This document shows positions 37,101 through 47,815 of a DNA stretch of 64,000 nucleotides, in pieces. Source of the stretch: a virus; IMG/VR virus record IMGVR_UViG_3300050120_000126, positions 2,407 to 66,406 of that record; one strand, written 5' to 3'. The position numbers and the translations under genes are program-made. A model generated the notes under the pieces. That model searched no databases. It was not told the origin of the DNA and was given only the letters and a program-made list of their open reading frames with translations. Numbering within the stretch: the first letter of the stretch is position 1; each line of letters opens with the position of its first letter.

Positions 37101-40100
37101 TCAATGCTCCCTAACAATTTTCAAATTGATTTCAGCGTATGGAATAAACGCCTCCAATTGTTCCCGCGCCAGCGTCGCGACGTCCAGGCCATAGCAGGTT
37201 GCGTGATCAGTCAGAAAGCGCCATAACAAGACCATGGCCACGCCTTCGCCGTCCGAGATAGTTTCAGTGCGATCCTGAATCTGTTTGCAGCGGTCGTTTG
37301 CGATCGCCGTGTTTTTATCGGTGATTCTCATGCTTGCTCCCCTGTATTGGTGAGTGGTAAATTCGCCCAATGCGTGGCGCCGATGATTCGATCTTCCCAA
37401 TCGATAATTCCTGCTTTGCAGTCGGGATACATGTCGCCCTGAAAGTTTGATACCTGTACGGCCAGTGCATCACCGTTATCAGCATCAGGTATGCGCACCA
37501 GAAATGAAACACTTTCGCTTGTCGGTTTTGATTCGATTGGAAGCCACTCTGCCGGCGATTGCCTGTCTTGCTTGACCATTGCAGCAACAGCATCAACAAT
37601 CGCTCGATACCCTCTATGCGTGTCTTCGACGGAATCAAACTCCACTTTTATGCACGGTCTTTTCGTGGGAGCTATTTCAATCATCCAATTGGCCGCACGA
37701 AGAATTTTCATGTCGCTCATTTCACGCTTTCTGTTGTATCTGGTTGACCGCTGCGCCATGTTTCGATGAAGCCTAAATTGCGCCCGCAGTTGCAGCAGAT
37801 GGCATCACATGCTTGTGTTTCATTGACGCGTTCGTGTTTGCAGTTCCGATATTTGAAGCGATGCATGCAAAGCCGGAACACCGCGAATAAGAAAATAAGC
37901 AGCACAATGCAGATGATCAGCAATAAATCGGTGGCCGCTTTTGCCATCCAAAATCCGATATAGGCCATCATTTCTCTTTCTCCTGGCTATCTGATTGAAA
38001 GGCAGGAGCGCATTGATAGTCGCAAGTTGGCGGCAATTCATAAGTACCGCGCTTACGTGGCTGATGTATTCCCATGTGCTGCGCCCAACCGCATTTTATG
38101 CACGGATTGACCGTATCTCGCTTTGCGCGAATTTCAGTAGTTGGCGCGCTCATAGCTCCGGCTCCATGATGTCAATTCCCGCATCAAACTCGGCAACTAT
38201 CGCTGCCATATCTGGCGCATTGCTCAAGACAACGGCACGGAGCAGTTCTGCGTTCTCTTCGTTTGCTATTGCTAGTCGCCAGCGGGATGCGTCCTTGGCG
38301 TCTGTTGATGGCGGTGCATCAGCATAAAGTGGCTGAACCCATGCATCTTTCCAGCCGTTAAAGTCGATCTGCTCTTGCCGCCAGTTATCGGCACTTTCCT
38401 TTTTAAAGAATCCCATTGGAACGGCATAGTCTGGACAGATAGGCTTGCCCTTGGCAACACGATGCACAACCCAATGCACCGGCTCCGATCTTCCCGTATT
38501 GGTACACTTGGCGGCAAGCCAGCCATTGAAGGCTAGATCGGCGATCTGCTTATCTGACATGACAAGCACGCGCGCCTCAAATTGTTCGCGCTCTTTTTCG
38601 ATATCAAGCGTCATTCTTTTCCCCTTGTTCCGATGGCAGATCAACGATCCCTGATTGTTTGTCATGCTCACGAATAGCTTTGGTCAGCATCTTCACCGCC
38701 TGCCGAACGTATGCAGGAACCTGATTGATTTGATCCGCCTTTTGCTGAACGATTTCGCTTGCCCTGCCTGCAAGGCTAGAATCCAAACGGACGCACTCAG
38801 ACGCGCTAGATAGAAAGCCGCGCTGCATATCTTCATCCAGCATGTATTCACAGCGAAACCATGCAAGCATGCGACGCAAGTGATTTACGTTCGAGTTAGA
38901 AACGGGCATCGCTGGAATATTGCCGTCTCCGGATAAAATCATCTCGCGCTTACTCATTCTTTTCTCCCTGAATGGCGGCACGCAGATCGCCGGAGAACTT
39001 GCCACCGACATCAAGTATCTTGCCATCATCGAAGTAGATGGTATCGATAGGATTATTTTCATCGATCAGCGATCGGAGTAGTTCTGCATCCTTCTTAGCA
39101 GCATCCAATTGGGCGAGAAGGTCGGCTACTACGGCAGGCGGGACTGCATCAATATAATCGGTGAAGCACGGCAGTATTCCGCTTCGCTCTAAGCAAGGTT
39201 TCAACGTGGACCAGCGGTCACCCGCACGATCCGCCGTTGCCGCACACAGCCTTTTCAGTTCTTCTAGTTGAGCATCCATTACGCATTCCCCTGGACGTGA
39301 CTTGCTCGGGCCTGACGCCAGAATTCAACCAGCGCATCTAGCATGATACGAGCGCAGAAATTCTCACCATCCTTGAAAATGCCGATCGATCCGTCATTCT
39401 CAGGAAATAAAACGACATGGAATAACTCGTCCCCAAGGTCGAAGCCGACGAGCGGTTTTGCGTCATCGAGAGAACTCGGCGCAAGCAGCGTTTTGCTGAC
39501 TGGAATATTCAGGCCACTCATACACCACCCCCAACAGGGGATTGCATTGCTTTACGAATAGCAGAATCGAGGTCTGCACCCGTCAACCGCATCGAAGTCG
39601 GCCATGGGGCCAATTCGCAGCGGACAACCCAAGGAAATGTTGGGTAGGAAATCGGTTCGTTGACCAAACGATCTTCGCGCAACCAGCGATATAACTCAGC
39701 ATAATCGCTGTCTGCTGCTTCTGGCAGAGCCGGAGCAATAGGGGCAGCGGCAAGCATCGCGCGATACACCTTCTCCATCGGAGTGGCGCCAGAAGACAAC
39801 GCGGCCCTCCCGGCGTCATGCACCTCCTGCGTAGGAATTTTTGGAACAACTTGCCAGCCAGGTGCTACCGCCTTCGCCTCTCCCAAACTAGCAGGGGCGG
39901 CACGGAATGCTTCGATCACCGTTACCAAGTCAAGGATTTGGATATTGCCGCATACAAAACCATGCGATGGGTCACGTCGCATAGCTCCGTAGTAAGTTCG
40001 GTCGAGTCGTGCCAACGCTTCAAGCGCGGCGGCATTCTTCGCCTCTCCCGCTTGTGGCGAGACTGCGGCAGGAAACGGCGAACGGTCATATGCCAGCACA

Positions 40101-41559
40101 TAGGAAAGGCTTCGCAGATAGTCGGCATACCGAGACTCCAAACCGCTTTCTTCGGAGATTTTGCGGAGCATTCTTGCCTGGTTATCCGTGCCGCCAACAA
40201 ACTGCCGTGCCAGTCTAAGCGTTTCGCTTTCAACGTATTCTGTCGGCCCCTCTTGTAGTGGGAGGGGTGGGGAAGCCAGTTCCAGCGCAATGTCGATTGC
40301 CTTACCAGCTAGAGAGCCAAGAAGGTTGAACATGGCATCAGGTCCGCCAATACCGTTGCAACCCCTGATGTCATCCAACGCCTTATTCAGATGGCCATCG
40401 ATGCATACGCGGTTGCGAGCCTCTCTGGCGATGCCAGTTGGTTGCGGATATTTTGCTTGCAGTGCCGCAGCCCATTGTTTCATGTCTTGATCGCTCACAA
40501 TTGCTCTCCTGTCGGCGCAACCATTTCAACGGCGTCATTAATATGGTCTGCCTTAATGGTGGATGGGGTGGCAGCAGCAAGCAACACTGCGCGCGCTTTC
40601 GTCATCAGGTTGAACACGTTCTCGCCAACATTATTTTCAAAGTATGCGAAAACAAGTTTGTTCAGCATTTCGCCGGTATCCGCCTTACTGGTAGCCTGCA
40701 ATAATTCGATGGCTTCCAAAATTGGGTCAGCGCCGCCGTCATCAGGATCGAGGCCAAGCGCTTCGTTAATCAGACCAATATCAGAGCATGCAGCCTGAAA
40801 CATGCGTGTCATGCTAGCAAGTTCTTCTGTCGCCTTACTGGCTGTAGGGGTGGCGGCAAGCAAGGCGCGGGCTTCCCAGCCTATAAATTGATGCGAACCT
40901 GCCAACGGGTCATAGAAACGTAAAAATCCTTGATCGTCGCGATATGCAACTTTTGCTTCCTGCGCCCACTTTGTGAACGATGCACGCTCATCCGTCAGCG
41001 GTTCTACTGTCGCTTGTGGCGATACCTGACTGGCAAGATAAAATGGTGTTGTTTGCCCCATGAATTCGCGAGTGTTCCAACGTTTTTCAAGCCTAGGGTT
41101 ATCTACTGCACTCAAATCTATATAGCCGAATGGTTTTTGTGAAGCATGACCAAGAATTGTCGAATCAAGATCACGTTGCAGATTTATACGCGCAAGGCGC
41201 TCATGCTCTGCTGCCTCCTGCCATGTAGCAAAGCCATTCGGTCCTTTAATTGCTTCACGCAAGCGATATAACTCGGCCCAATTTTCAGCATCCATTGGCT
41301 TGTCTGTGACCGCTACCAATGGCGCAGAAGAAGCAAGTTGTTCGGTGGTTGCAAGCCAAACATCGTCACGCCGAATCTGTTCGCCATTGATGGTGTCTGT
41401 GTATAAGACCGGCATCGGCGCGATCGAGAGGACTTCGTGCCACGGCTTGTAACTGAGCGTCATCTCAGTTCTTTTGACTGGCGCGGCAGCCGAGGCAAAC
41501 GGGACGTATGGCCTGGCATCATCTTCGCTGGTTTCCAGCGGGATATCATTTGTATTCAT
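37101..41559 (-). other. Cluster of small, coupled leftward hypothetical genes (e.g. 37328-37759, 37717-37971, 38150-38613, 38950-39279, 39279-39521, 39518-40498, 40495-41559)
   Basis: Overlapping start/stop ORFs typical of lambdoid ea/exo-xis accessory regions; mosaic Ala-rich linkers. Confidence 0.55.
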
Positions 41560-41927
41560 GCTGCCTCTTTAAAGGTAAGTGAATTAGCCGCAGCGTCATG
41601 GCGTGCGACAAGGGATCGAGAAGTGACAACCGGCATGTCGAGGCTCTTGGCCAAGCGGATTTCAACCTTGGCGCCGCGCGATCGGGAACAGCCTGGCAAG
41701 GTTGCTACAAAGTCGCAGGTAACGAGCTTGGCAATGTCCTTGCGCATCGCTGCATGCCAACTCTTGGCGCCGCCCATGTTGATTTCAGCTGGGCTGATGA
41801 CGATGTACCCGAGAGCGCGCAGCCGCGCAGCTTCGGCATGGAACGCGGGAAAGTTGAGTTTGGGCAGTCCGGTCATGGGGCCGGCCAAGTAACACTTCAG
41901 GCGCTTTCTTTTACTATTGGCGATCAT
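41556..41927 (-). CDS. DUF4406/nucleoside 2-deoxyribosyltransferase-like protein
   Basis: YLAGPMTG...NFPAF, SPAE, CD...LPG...S.GA..E motifs. Confidence 0.8.
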   Translation of the reverse strand: MIANSKRKRLKCYLAGPMTGLPKLNFPAFHAEAARLRALGYIVISPAEINMGGAKSWHAAMRKDIAKLVTCDFVATLPGCSRSRGAKVEIRLAKSLDMPVVTSRSLVARHDAAANSLTFKEAA

Positions 41928-41959
41928 GGTAGGATTGCCTTCCCTTTAAGGAGACAAAG

Positions 41960-42166
41960 ATGGCCGAAGCAAATCAATACGAAAAAGCCCGCATGACCAG
42001 AGCGATTAGGGCTACGAACGAACAGATTCTGCAAGCCAAGCAACTGGTGGCTGAGCACTTCAACGGCGTTTCGAACCCAAATGGAGTTATTACCCTGGGA
42101 ATACTTCAAGCTCTCGCCAGCAACTACAGCGCGCTTGAAATCTCGCAATCGATCGACGCAAAATAG
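41960..42166 (+). CDS. Hypothetical moron
   Basis: AAGGAG RBS; opposite strand to the surrounding operon. Confidence 0.55.
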   Translation: MAEANQYEKARMTRAIRATNEQILQAKQLVAEHFNGVSNPNGVITLGILQALASNYSALEISQSIDAK

Positions 42167-42256
42167 GGGAATATTTGTGAGGGCTGCGGGCGCAACTCGA
42201 CATGTCGTCCTGCCGCCCCGACAACTTCCTGCTCGTGATACGCTCCCCTCAAAATA

Positions 42257-42862
42257 ATGGGGGAAGCGATGCACAAAAAATTCCTGAAAGCGGCCGCTTT
42301 TTACGGCGTTGCCGGCGGGCTTGTCTTGCTCGGCATGGTGCTGGATTCGCTTTATCGCTTGCCTTTTGACAAGTTGGGGGACGTTGCAACTTGGCTCGGG
42401 GCGGTCGGTGCGTTTGCTGCTTTTGGCGGAGCAATCTATCTCGCAATGCAGCAGAACTTGCGTAGCGACAGAGAGAGAATTGCCCGAGCTAGAGTTTTTG
42501 CTCCTGCTGTGGCGCTGCAGCTCACTCTTATTCGCCCAATGCTGGATAGTGCCATCGCTAGCCTCAGCACCGAGGGGTACGTACCGCTCGAAATGAAGTT
42601 TCAAAATTGGGGTGAGCATTTCAAAGAAATTCCGATTTGGAGTGTCAGCGAAATGGAGGCATTTATTTGCCTGCCTAACGACTGCGCGGTCAGCCTCGCT
42701 TTGGTGAAGGAAATCATGCGCGCCACTTCCGAATCGATGCTTAATGCCAATCGATCGAAAACGGTAGAAGAAACTGTTAGCTTGCTCAAGGGCGCGGCCG
42801 ACCACGCCGAGGTGGCAGCTAGGGAACTGCAGGCCGTCGTGGAACAATTGATTAAGAGGTAG
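42257..42862 (+). CDS. Two-TM membrane protein moron
   Basis: Two N-terminal TM helices (W.GAVG..A); opposite strand. Confidence 0.6.
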   Translation: MGEAMHKKFLKAAAFYGVAGGLVLLGMVLDSLYRLPFDKLGDVATWLGAVGAFAAFGGAIYLAMQQNLRSDRERIARARVFAPAVALQLTLIRPMLDSAIASLSTEGYVPLEMKFQNWGEHFKEIPIWSVSEMEAFICLPNDCAVSLALVKEIMRATSESMLNANRSKTVEETVSLLKGAADHAEVAARELQAVVEQLIKR

Positions 42863-42873
42863 ACAAATACAGA

Positions 42874-44883
42874 TCATGCCGCCCTCACAATCTCGCGCTC
42901 ATGCGCGAAATTTGCCTGGATCAGCGCGCGCGCCATCGGCGGGCATACTGAATTCCCGCACATACGAACTTGGGCGCTTTTGGTGAGGGTCAGCCCTTGC
43001 TCTGGCTTGTCGCCGATGATGTAGGTATCTGGGAAGCCTTGCGCCCGGTACAGTTCGCGCGGCGCCAGCATGCGCAGGCCGATATCCACTATCTGATAAT
43101 CTTGGCCGTGAATGGTCACCAAACCGAACCGGTCCTTGCTGGTCACGGTCCTTAACGGATCAGTGAGGTTATCCGCTTCCTTTTCATTCCCGTAGTAGCT
43201 AAGCAGGAATGCGCGCACCTCGGCGTGATGAAGACCGCCCGCGCTAATCGTGCCCAGAGGTTCGTCTGTTGCAGCCGCATTGCTCGTACCGCGCAACTTA
43301 ATCAGATTGCTGGTGACCAACGCTGACTTACCACCGCCCCCGGCCGTAACCGTACCAAGTGGTGCGTCAGCGGCATGGCCGACGCTCTGAGTCATGTCAC
43401 GCTGGATGTGCGCTGTTACGATTCCGAGCGCGTGCGGCGCGCCGGCGGGATTTTCTTTCGGGCCGGCCGTGATGGTCGGCAGTGGGCTGGCCATGTCGCT
43501 GCCGGTCGCGCCGGTACGGAATTTGGTAATGTGCGCAGAGACCATGCTGAAATGGCCACCCTTGACCTGGGCGCAGATCGTGCGCAGCGGTTCATCGACC
43601 GGCATATTCCGTTGATTGCTGGCATTGGCATGTTCAGTCAGGAACGCGGTAACTACGGCGCCATCGGCTTTCGAGGTAATCGTCGCCAATGGTTCATCTG
43701 CGCCACGCGGGCGACTCTGGCCAGCGCGGCCGCCGACGCCAGCGAGCAGCGCAGAAACCAGCGCATGCCTGTTTTCGGTCGGAATGGTATTGATCGGCTC
43801 GTCCGGATTTTGGCCCCGGACATCCGAAGCCCGTTTGTCGCTGTAGTACGGGCTGATATAAGCCGTCGCGATTGCTTTCTCGCCGCGATTGGCGCCCGTT
43901 ATCGTGCGGAACGGCTCGTCGATCGATTCGGACCGATCACCGCCTTGGTGGGTGACCGGCACTATCGATGGCAGCACTATCGCACGGTGATTCTCGGCGG
44001 TCAGCGTGCCGAACGGTTGCGTCGTCGGTACCGGCTTGCCGGAATAGATCGGACCTCCTTGACCGATAATGAACGGATTGGCCGCTATGACGACATACCG
44101 CATGATTCCCTTGGCGATGCGTCGGAGCGTAGCCGGCGCCAATGGCCGGGAGCGTTCAAATATGGATGGACAGGGGATAGACCAGTCGATACATTCGGCG
44201 GCAGTGCGATAAGGCAGCAACTTACCGGCTTTGACACCAATGCTGTCCGGCGCACCATGCGTCGGCGCCGGGAAGGTAATCGCAATCCCGTCACGCCGCG
44301 CGACGAGGAAGAATCGCTTCCGGATGGTAGGGGTGTCATAGTCGCAGCCGCGCATCTCGCGATAATCGACTTCATAGCCGTGGTCGCGCAGTTGACGCAC
44401 GAAACTTTCGAACGTCTTGCCCTTTTTTGCAGGATCTGGCTTCGCGTTCCCATCGGCATCAATGAGTAGTGGCCCCCAAGTTTTGAACTCTTCGACGTTT
44501 TCGAGCATGATGACGCGCGGCTTGCACTTTGCAGCCCAGCGTAGCGTTACCCACGCGAGGCCACGAATCTTCTTCTCTACAGGCTTACCGCCCTTAGCCT
44601 TACTGAAATGCTTGCAATCTGGCGACAGCCAGACAAGGCCGACCGGCTGATTGCCCGTGACTTTGATCGGGTCAACATCCCAGACAGACTCGCAAAGATG
44701 CTTCGTATGCGGATGGTTAGCGGCATGCATGGCCAGTGCTTCCGGATCATGATTGATCGCGATATCGACCGGACGGCCGAATGCCCATTCCAGCCCAGTG
44801 CTGGTGCCGCCACCGCCGGCGAAGTTGTCTATGATTAATTCATTGCCCAGGTCAAGCGGCAAACTCATCAGATCGCGCTTCAT
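42874..44883 (-). CDS. C5 cytosine DNA methyltransferase
   Basis: DNFAGGGG (I), SPDC (IV), ENV (VI), TIRKRFF (VIII), RELYRAQGFP (IX), GNSVCP (X). Confidence 0.93.
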   Translation of the reverse strand: MKRDLMSLPLDLGNELIIDNFAGGGGTSTGLEWAFGRPVDIAINHDPEALAMHAANHPHTKHLCESVWDVDPIKVTGNQPVGLVWLSPDCKHFSKAKGGKPVEKKIRGLAWVTLRWAAKCKPRVIMLENVEEFKTWGPLLIDADGNAKPDPAKKGKTFESFVRQLRDHGYEVDYREMRGCDYDTPTIRKRFFLVARRDGIAITFPAPTHGAPDSIGVKAGKLLPYRTAAECIDWSIPCPSIFERSRPLAPATLRRIAKGIMRYVVIAANPFIIGQGGPIYSGKPVPTTQPFGTLTAENHRAIVLPSIVPVTHQGGDRSESIDEPFRTITGANRGEKAIATAYISPYYSDKRASDVRGQNPDEPINTIPTENRHALVSALLAGVGGRAGQSRPRGADEPLATITSKADGAVVTAFLTEHANASNQRNMPVDEPLRTICAQVKGGHFSMVSAHITKFRTGATGSDMASPLPTITAGPKENPAGAPHALGIVTAHIQRDMTQSVGHAADAPLGTVTAGGGGKSALVTSNLIKLRGTSNAAATDEPLGTISAGGLHHAEVRAFLLSYYGNEKEADNLTDPLRTVTSKDRFGLVTIHGQDYQIVDIGLRMLAPRELYRAQGFPDTYIIGDKPEQGLTLTKSAQVRMCGNSVCPPMARALIQANFAHEREIVRAA

Positions 44884-45572
44884 CAGATATCGTCCAGCGT
44901 TTCAACGGCGCCAGGCAGCGGGAACCACGTCGGCAAGGCGTCGAAACTCTCGCGCAACTTCATAATTCCGCCGAAGCATTCCAGTTCGCCGATGCCGCCG
45001 AGAACGAATGTCAGCGGGCTATCGGCATCGCGGGTGAAAAACCTGATGGATTCGCCGAAGTTCTTGCCGATCGATAAGGCATCATTTAAATAGCGCGGAT
45101 TCACGGCGCCGGAAATTCCTTCCTTGTAGCCGATGGTGCTGGCGACGCGCTCGATGCGCGGGAAGACGCCTTCGATCAATGAATTGCCAGGCTGAATAAA
45201 CAAAGGCTCGGCAACCGGGCCGGAAATCATTGCGTTGCCATTCGACATCACGTCCAGCGTGTGCTTGGCGTTGGCAGAATGTTTCAGCGCATCCTTGCTG
45301 ATCGCGACGATAATTTCCTTTTCCACGAAACCGTGCGGATCGCGGACCACGATGTAACGATGACCATTGGTGGCAACGATCATTGCGGAATCGTCATCAA
45401 GCGGCCGGATGTTGATGCCGCACAGGTAATACCGGATATCCTGCTGAGCCATAAACGGATATACCAATTTCATTGCGACGGCATTGATGCGAGCGATCAG
45501 ATGCGCGCCATCAGTCGATTCGACTTCTGTTCCTTCGATTGCAGATTGTTCCGGCTTGGTATTGGCGTTCAT
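44883..45572 (-). CDS. Truncated beta-sliding-clamp-like protein
   Basis: DIRYYLCGI, VATNGHR, IEGVFP..ERV, NPRYLNDAL match DnaN domain motifs. Confidence 0.75.
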   Translation of the reverse strand: MNANTKPEQSAIEGTEVESTDGAHLIARINAVAMKLVYPFMAQQDIRYYLCGINIRPLDDDSAMIVATNGHRYIVVRDPHGFVEKEIIVAISKDALKHSANAKHTLDVMSNGNAMISGPVAEPLFIQPGNSLIEGVFPRIERVASTIGYKEGISGAVNPRYLNDALSIGKNFGESIRFFTRDADSPLTFVLGGIGELECFGGIMKLRESFDALPTWFPLPGAVETLDDI

Positions 45573-46867
45573 TGGATGCCTTTATAGATGGTTGATCCGG
45601 TGTGTGAAAACATGGCTTGATACGAAGCGAGGGATTCAGTGTTGTCGTAACCTCGCTGTTCGTGCTGGCGCAGGCGATAGTGGAAGCGGCCGCGCACATA
45701 GGCACCGGCCGAGATGTGGTTCGGCCAAACTGTGTAACCGAGGAATGGCACGCCGGCAGCCGTCGGCGCCAGGCGGATCTTGAAAGGGTGAATCGTCAGG
45801 CCCATGGCTGCGAGGTATTCAACGATCAGATCCTGCAGCGCCAGCAGCTCGGCGCGGGAGGATGCGAAAATGGAAATGTCATCGACGTAGCGCAGATAGA
45901 AGCGCACCAGCAAGACTTCCTTGACCCAGTGATCGAAGGCATTCAGGAAAATGTTTGCGAACAGTTGTGACGGCAGGTTCCCGATTGGCATGCCCTTGGC
46001 CAAGGTCGTGCGATACATGCTATCCGCCGCGAATAGGTCATCGAATGAACTATCAGTCTGAAATGAATCGATAAGGTCGATGATCAGGCGCCGAACGTCG
46101 TTGTCGCCGATATGGCGCAGCACAGCTTGTTTTAAAAGCGCATGATTGACCGAATAGAAGTATTTCGAGATGTCGAGTTGCAATACCCATTTCGCTTCCG
46201 GCGACCGGGCGAACTGGGCCATGCGCTGGACTGCCGCATGCGTGCCACGGCCGGGCAGGTTGCCGTAGGTGTCATGAATGAAACGCTTCTGCCAGATCGG
46301 CAGCATGTACCGATACAGCAGCCAATGCACGATCCGGTCTTTCGTCGGCGCGCAGACCACCAGGCGATGTTTTTTTTCGCGGACGATGAATGTCTTGTAA
46401 GGGCCAAATGCGTACTGCCGGGCGCGCAGCCGGTTTTGTATCGTAACCAGGTGACGCAGCGGGTCCGCACCGAAGCGCAGCACGCGCAGGTTATTGGACT
46501 TGTTTTTACGCGCCTTGCCCCAGCACTGAAACAGGTTAGGCAGGCTTGTCAGGCGGTAGAACTCAGAATTAGTGCCGCATCCCGCCGCAGCACACGTGCA
46601 CACCGCGGCGGTTTCCGGTTTGGCGCAAGGCCGTGCTTTCGGGAGCGAGCCCCCAGGAGATTTTCGACCAAGAATGAATAGCTCTTTGTGAGCAAGCTCA
46701 CAATCTGAACGTGATATTTTTGGGTCTGCGGAAGCCGATATTGTCGTTCCGGTTGTCGGGATTCCAGTTGTTGAGATTGAAAGCGCCGGCATTGTCGTCC
46801 GAGTTCCAGTAGCCGCCTCGGATGAGCGCATTGCTGGACTTTTTAGAAAATCCCCCTTGGTACTCAT
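45569..46867 (-). CDS. DGR reverse transcriptase
   Basis: KDRIVH, LDISKYFYSVNH, KGMPIGNLPSQ (DGR-type SQ), LRYVDD, FLGY. Confidence 0.96.
   Translation of the reverse strand: MSTKGDFLKSPAMRSSEAATGTRTTMPALSISTTGIPTTGTTISASADPKISRSDCELAHKELFILGRKSPGGSLPKARPCAKPETAAVCTCAAAGCGTNSEFYRLTSLPNLFQCWGKARKNKSNNLRVLRFGADPLRHLVTIQNRLRARQYAFGPYKTFIVREKKHRLVVCAPTKDRIVHWLLYRYMLPIWQKRFIHDTYGNLPGRGTHAAVQRMAQFARSPEAKWVLQLDISKYFYSVNHALLKQAVLRHIGDNDVRRLIIDLIDSFQTDSSFDDLFAADSMYRTTLAKGMPIGNLPSQLFANIFLNAFDHWVKEVLLVRFYLRYVDDISIFASSRAELLALQDLIVEYLAAMGLTIHPFKIRLAPTAAGVPFLGYTVWPNHISAGAYVRGRFHYRLRQHEQRGYDNTESLASYQAMFSHTGSTIYKGIQ
46686..46703 (-). other. Hairpin in the DGR RNA spacer 3' of TR
   Basis: Perfect inverted repeat TTGTGAGC-TT-GCTCACAA. 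Confidence 0.5.
46726..46839 (-). repeat. DGR template repeat (TR)
   Basis: In the target frame it reads SSNALIRGGYWNSDDNAGAFNLNNWNPDNRNDNIGFR; 10 AAY codons, 30 adenines; parent of three VRs. Confidence 0.96.
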
Positions 46868-47736
46868 GCTGGCTCCGCAGTCAGGGTTGGACTTACGGTA
46901 GCCTTGAGCGCGCGAATCACGCCGCCCAATAAATTTCCGATTTCAACCGCCAACGAAACGCGATGCTCGAAGGCGATCTTCAGTTTCTTTAATGTCGGTA
47001 CCAGGCTCAGATAGTGTTTTAGCTGATCGACATCGGCCGACAGGCTGTTGAGCAACGCCTGTTTGTTGTCTTCCAGGCCATACGCGAAAATATGGTGCAT
47101 TAGGCTGTACATCACGGTCCGGACGTTCTCGCCCCAGATAGCGCGGGCGTCGCGTGGCAACCGCATCAGATCCAGTGTCAGTTGCTTATCGAGTTCTTCG
47201 GCCTTGGCCTTCAAAACAAATTCGGATGTGTTTGTTGACCGTAAAATCTTGTTTTCGCCGGCCCGGTTCAGTTTTTTGAACTGGCGCAGCTCATTGATTA
47301 TTTTTCCGACGATATCGTCCGGAACCGAAGATAAGAGCGAGTCTTTCACGTCGCCTTGGGGCGATACGTAGACGTTCCGATCCGTTTCATGTGTGCCGAG
47401 CGAAACAACGTAGGGCGTGTTGTAGTCGTTGATCATCGACCAGAGGCGGCGTTTGTAACCGGCCAATGGAAAACCGACCACGATATGCGGATTATTTGCC
47501 GGGCCCTTCAATTGCATCTTGTAATGCTTGAGATTGTGCAGGACGTGCGCGGTCCGGTTATAACCTTGCAACCACCCGCCCGACTGAACAAAGATTAAAT
47601 GCATGGGATATTTCTCTTCAAGTTTTGCCGCGATTTCCGCGACCTTATCGGCTTGCCCTAGGCCGACGTCGATACCTTTAAAAGAAGTGATGCCGAACTT
47701 GGCCGCTTCCTCGGGTGTTGGGAGTTCGATTTGCAT
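46864..47736 (-). CDS. DGR accessory protein: MutS-domain-I-like N-terminus fused to Avd-like four-helix bundle
   Basis: N-term LIFVQSGGWLQGY..TA....VGFP; C-term LPRDAR..WGE....EIGNLLGGVIR; between target and TR. Confidence 0.75.
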   Translation of the reverse strand: MQIELPTPEEAAKFGITSFKGIDVGLGQADKVAEIAAKLEEKYPMHLIFVQSGGWLQGYNRTAHVLHNLKHYKMQLKGPANNPHIVVGFPLAGYKRRLWSMINDYNTPYVVSLGTHETDRNVYVSPQGDVKDSLLSSVPDDIVGKIINELRQFKKLNRAGENKILRSTNTSEFVLKAKAEELDKQLTLDLMRLPRDARAIWGENVRTVMYSLMHHIFAYGLEDNKQALLNSLSADVDQLKHYLSLVPTLKKLKIAFEHRVSLAVEIGNLLGGVIRALKATVSPTLTAEPA

Positions 47737-47763
47737 ATCGCCTACTTTTTATTGTTATTAAGA

Positions 47764-47790
47764 ACGGACCGCCGCTTCGCAGCGACCCGT
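47764..47790 (-). promoter_or_regulatory. Post-VR2 hairpin
   Basis: ACGGGTCGCTGC-GAA-GCGGCGGTCCGT on minus strand. Confidence 0.7.
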
Positions 47791-47815
47791 GACCAGAAAC
47801 CAGAAGCCTGAATTT

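Noticed and set aside
41924-44469. Long shadow ORFs (41924-42877 minus, 43375-44469 plus)
   Set aside because: They are antisense to better-supported genes and show no recognisable motifs
45569-46867. RT as group II intron, retron or Abi RT
   Set aside because: GNLPSQ motif, adjacent Avd-like gene and A-specific TR/VR pairs identify a DGR; no maturase or endonuclease extension is visible
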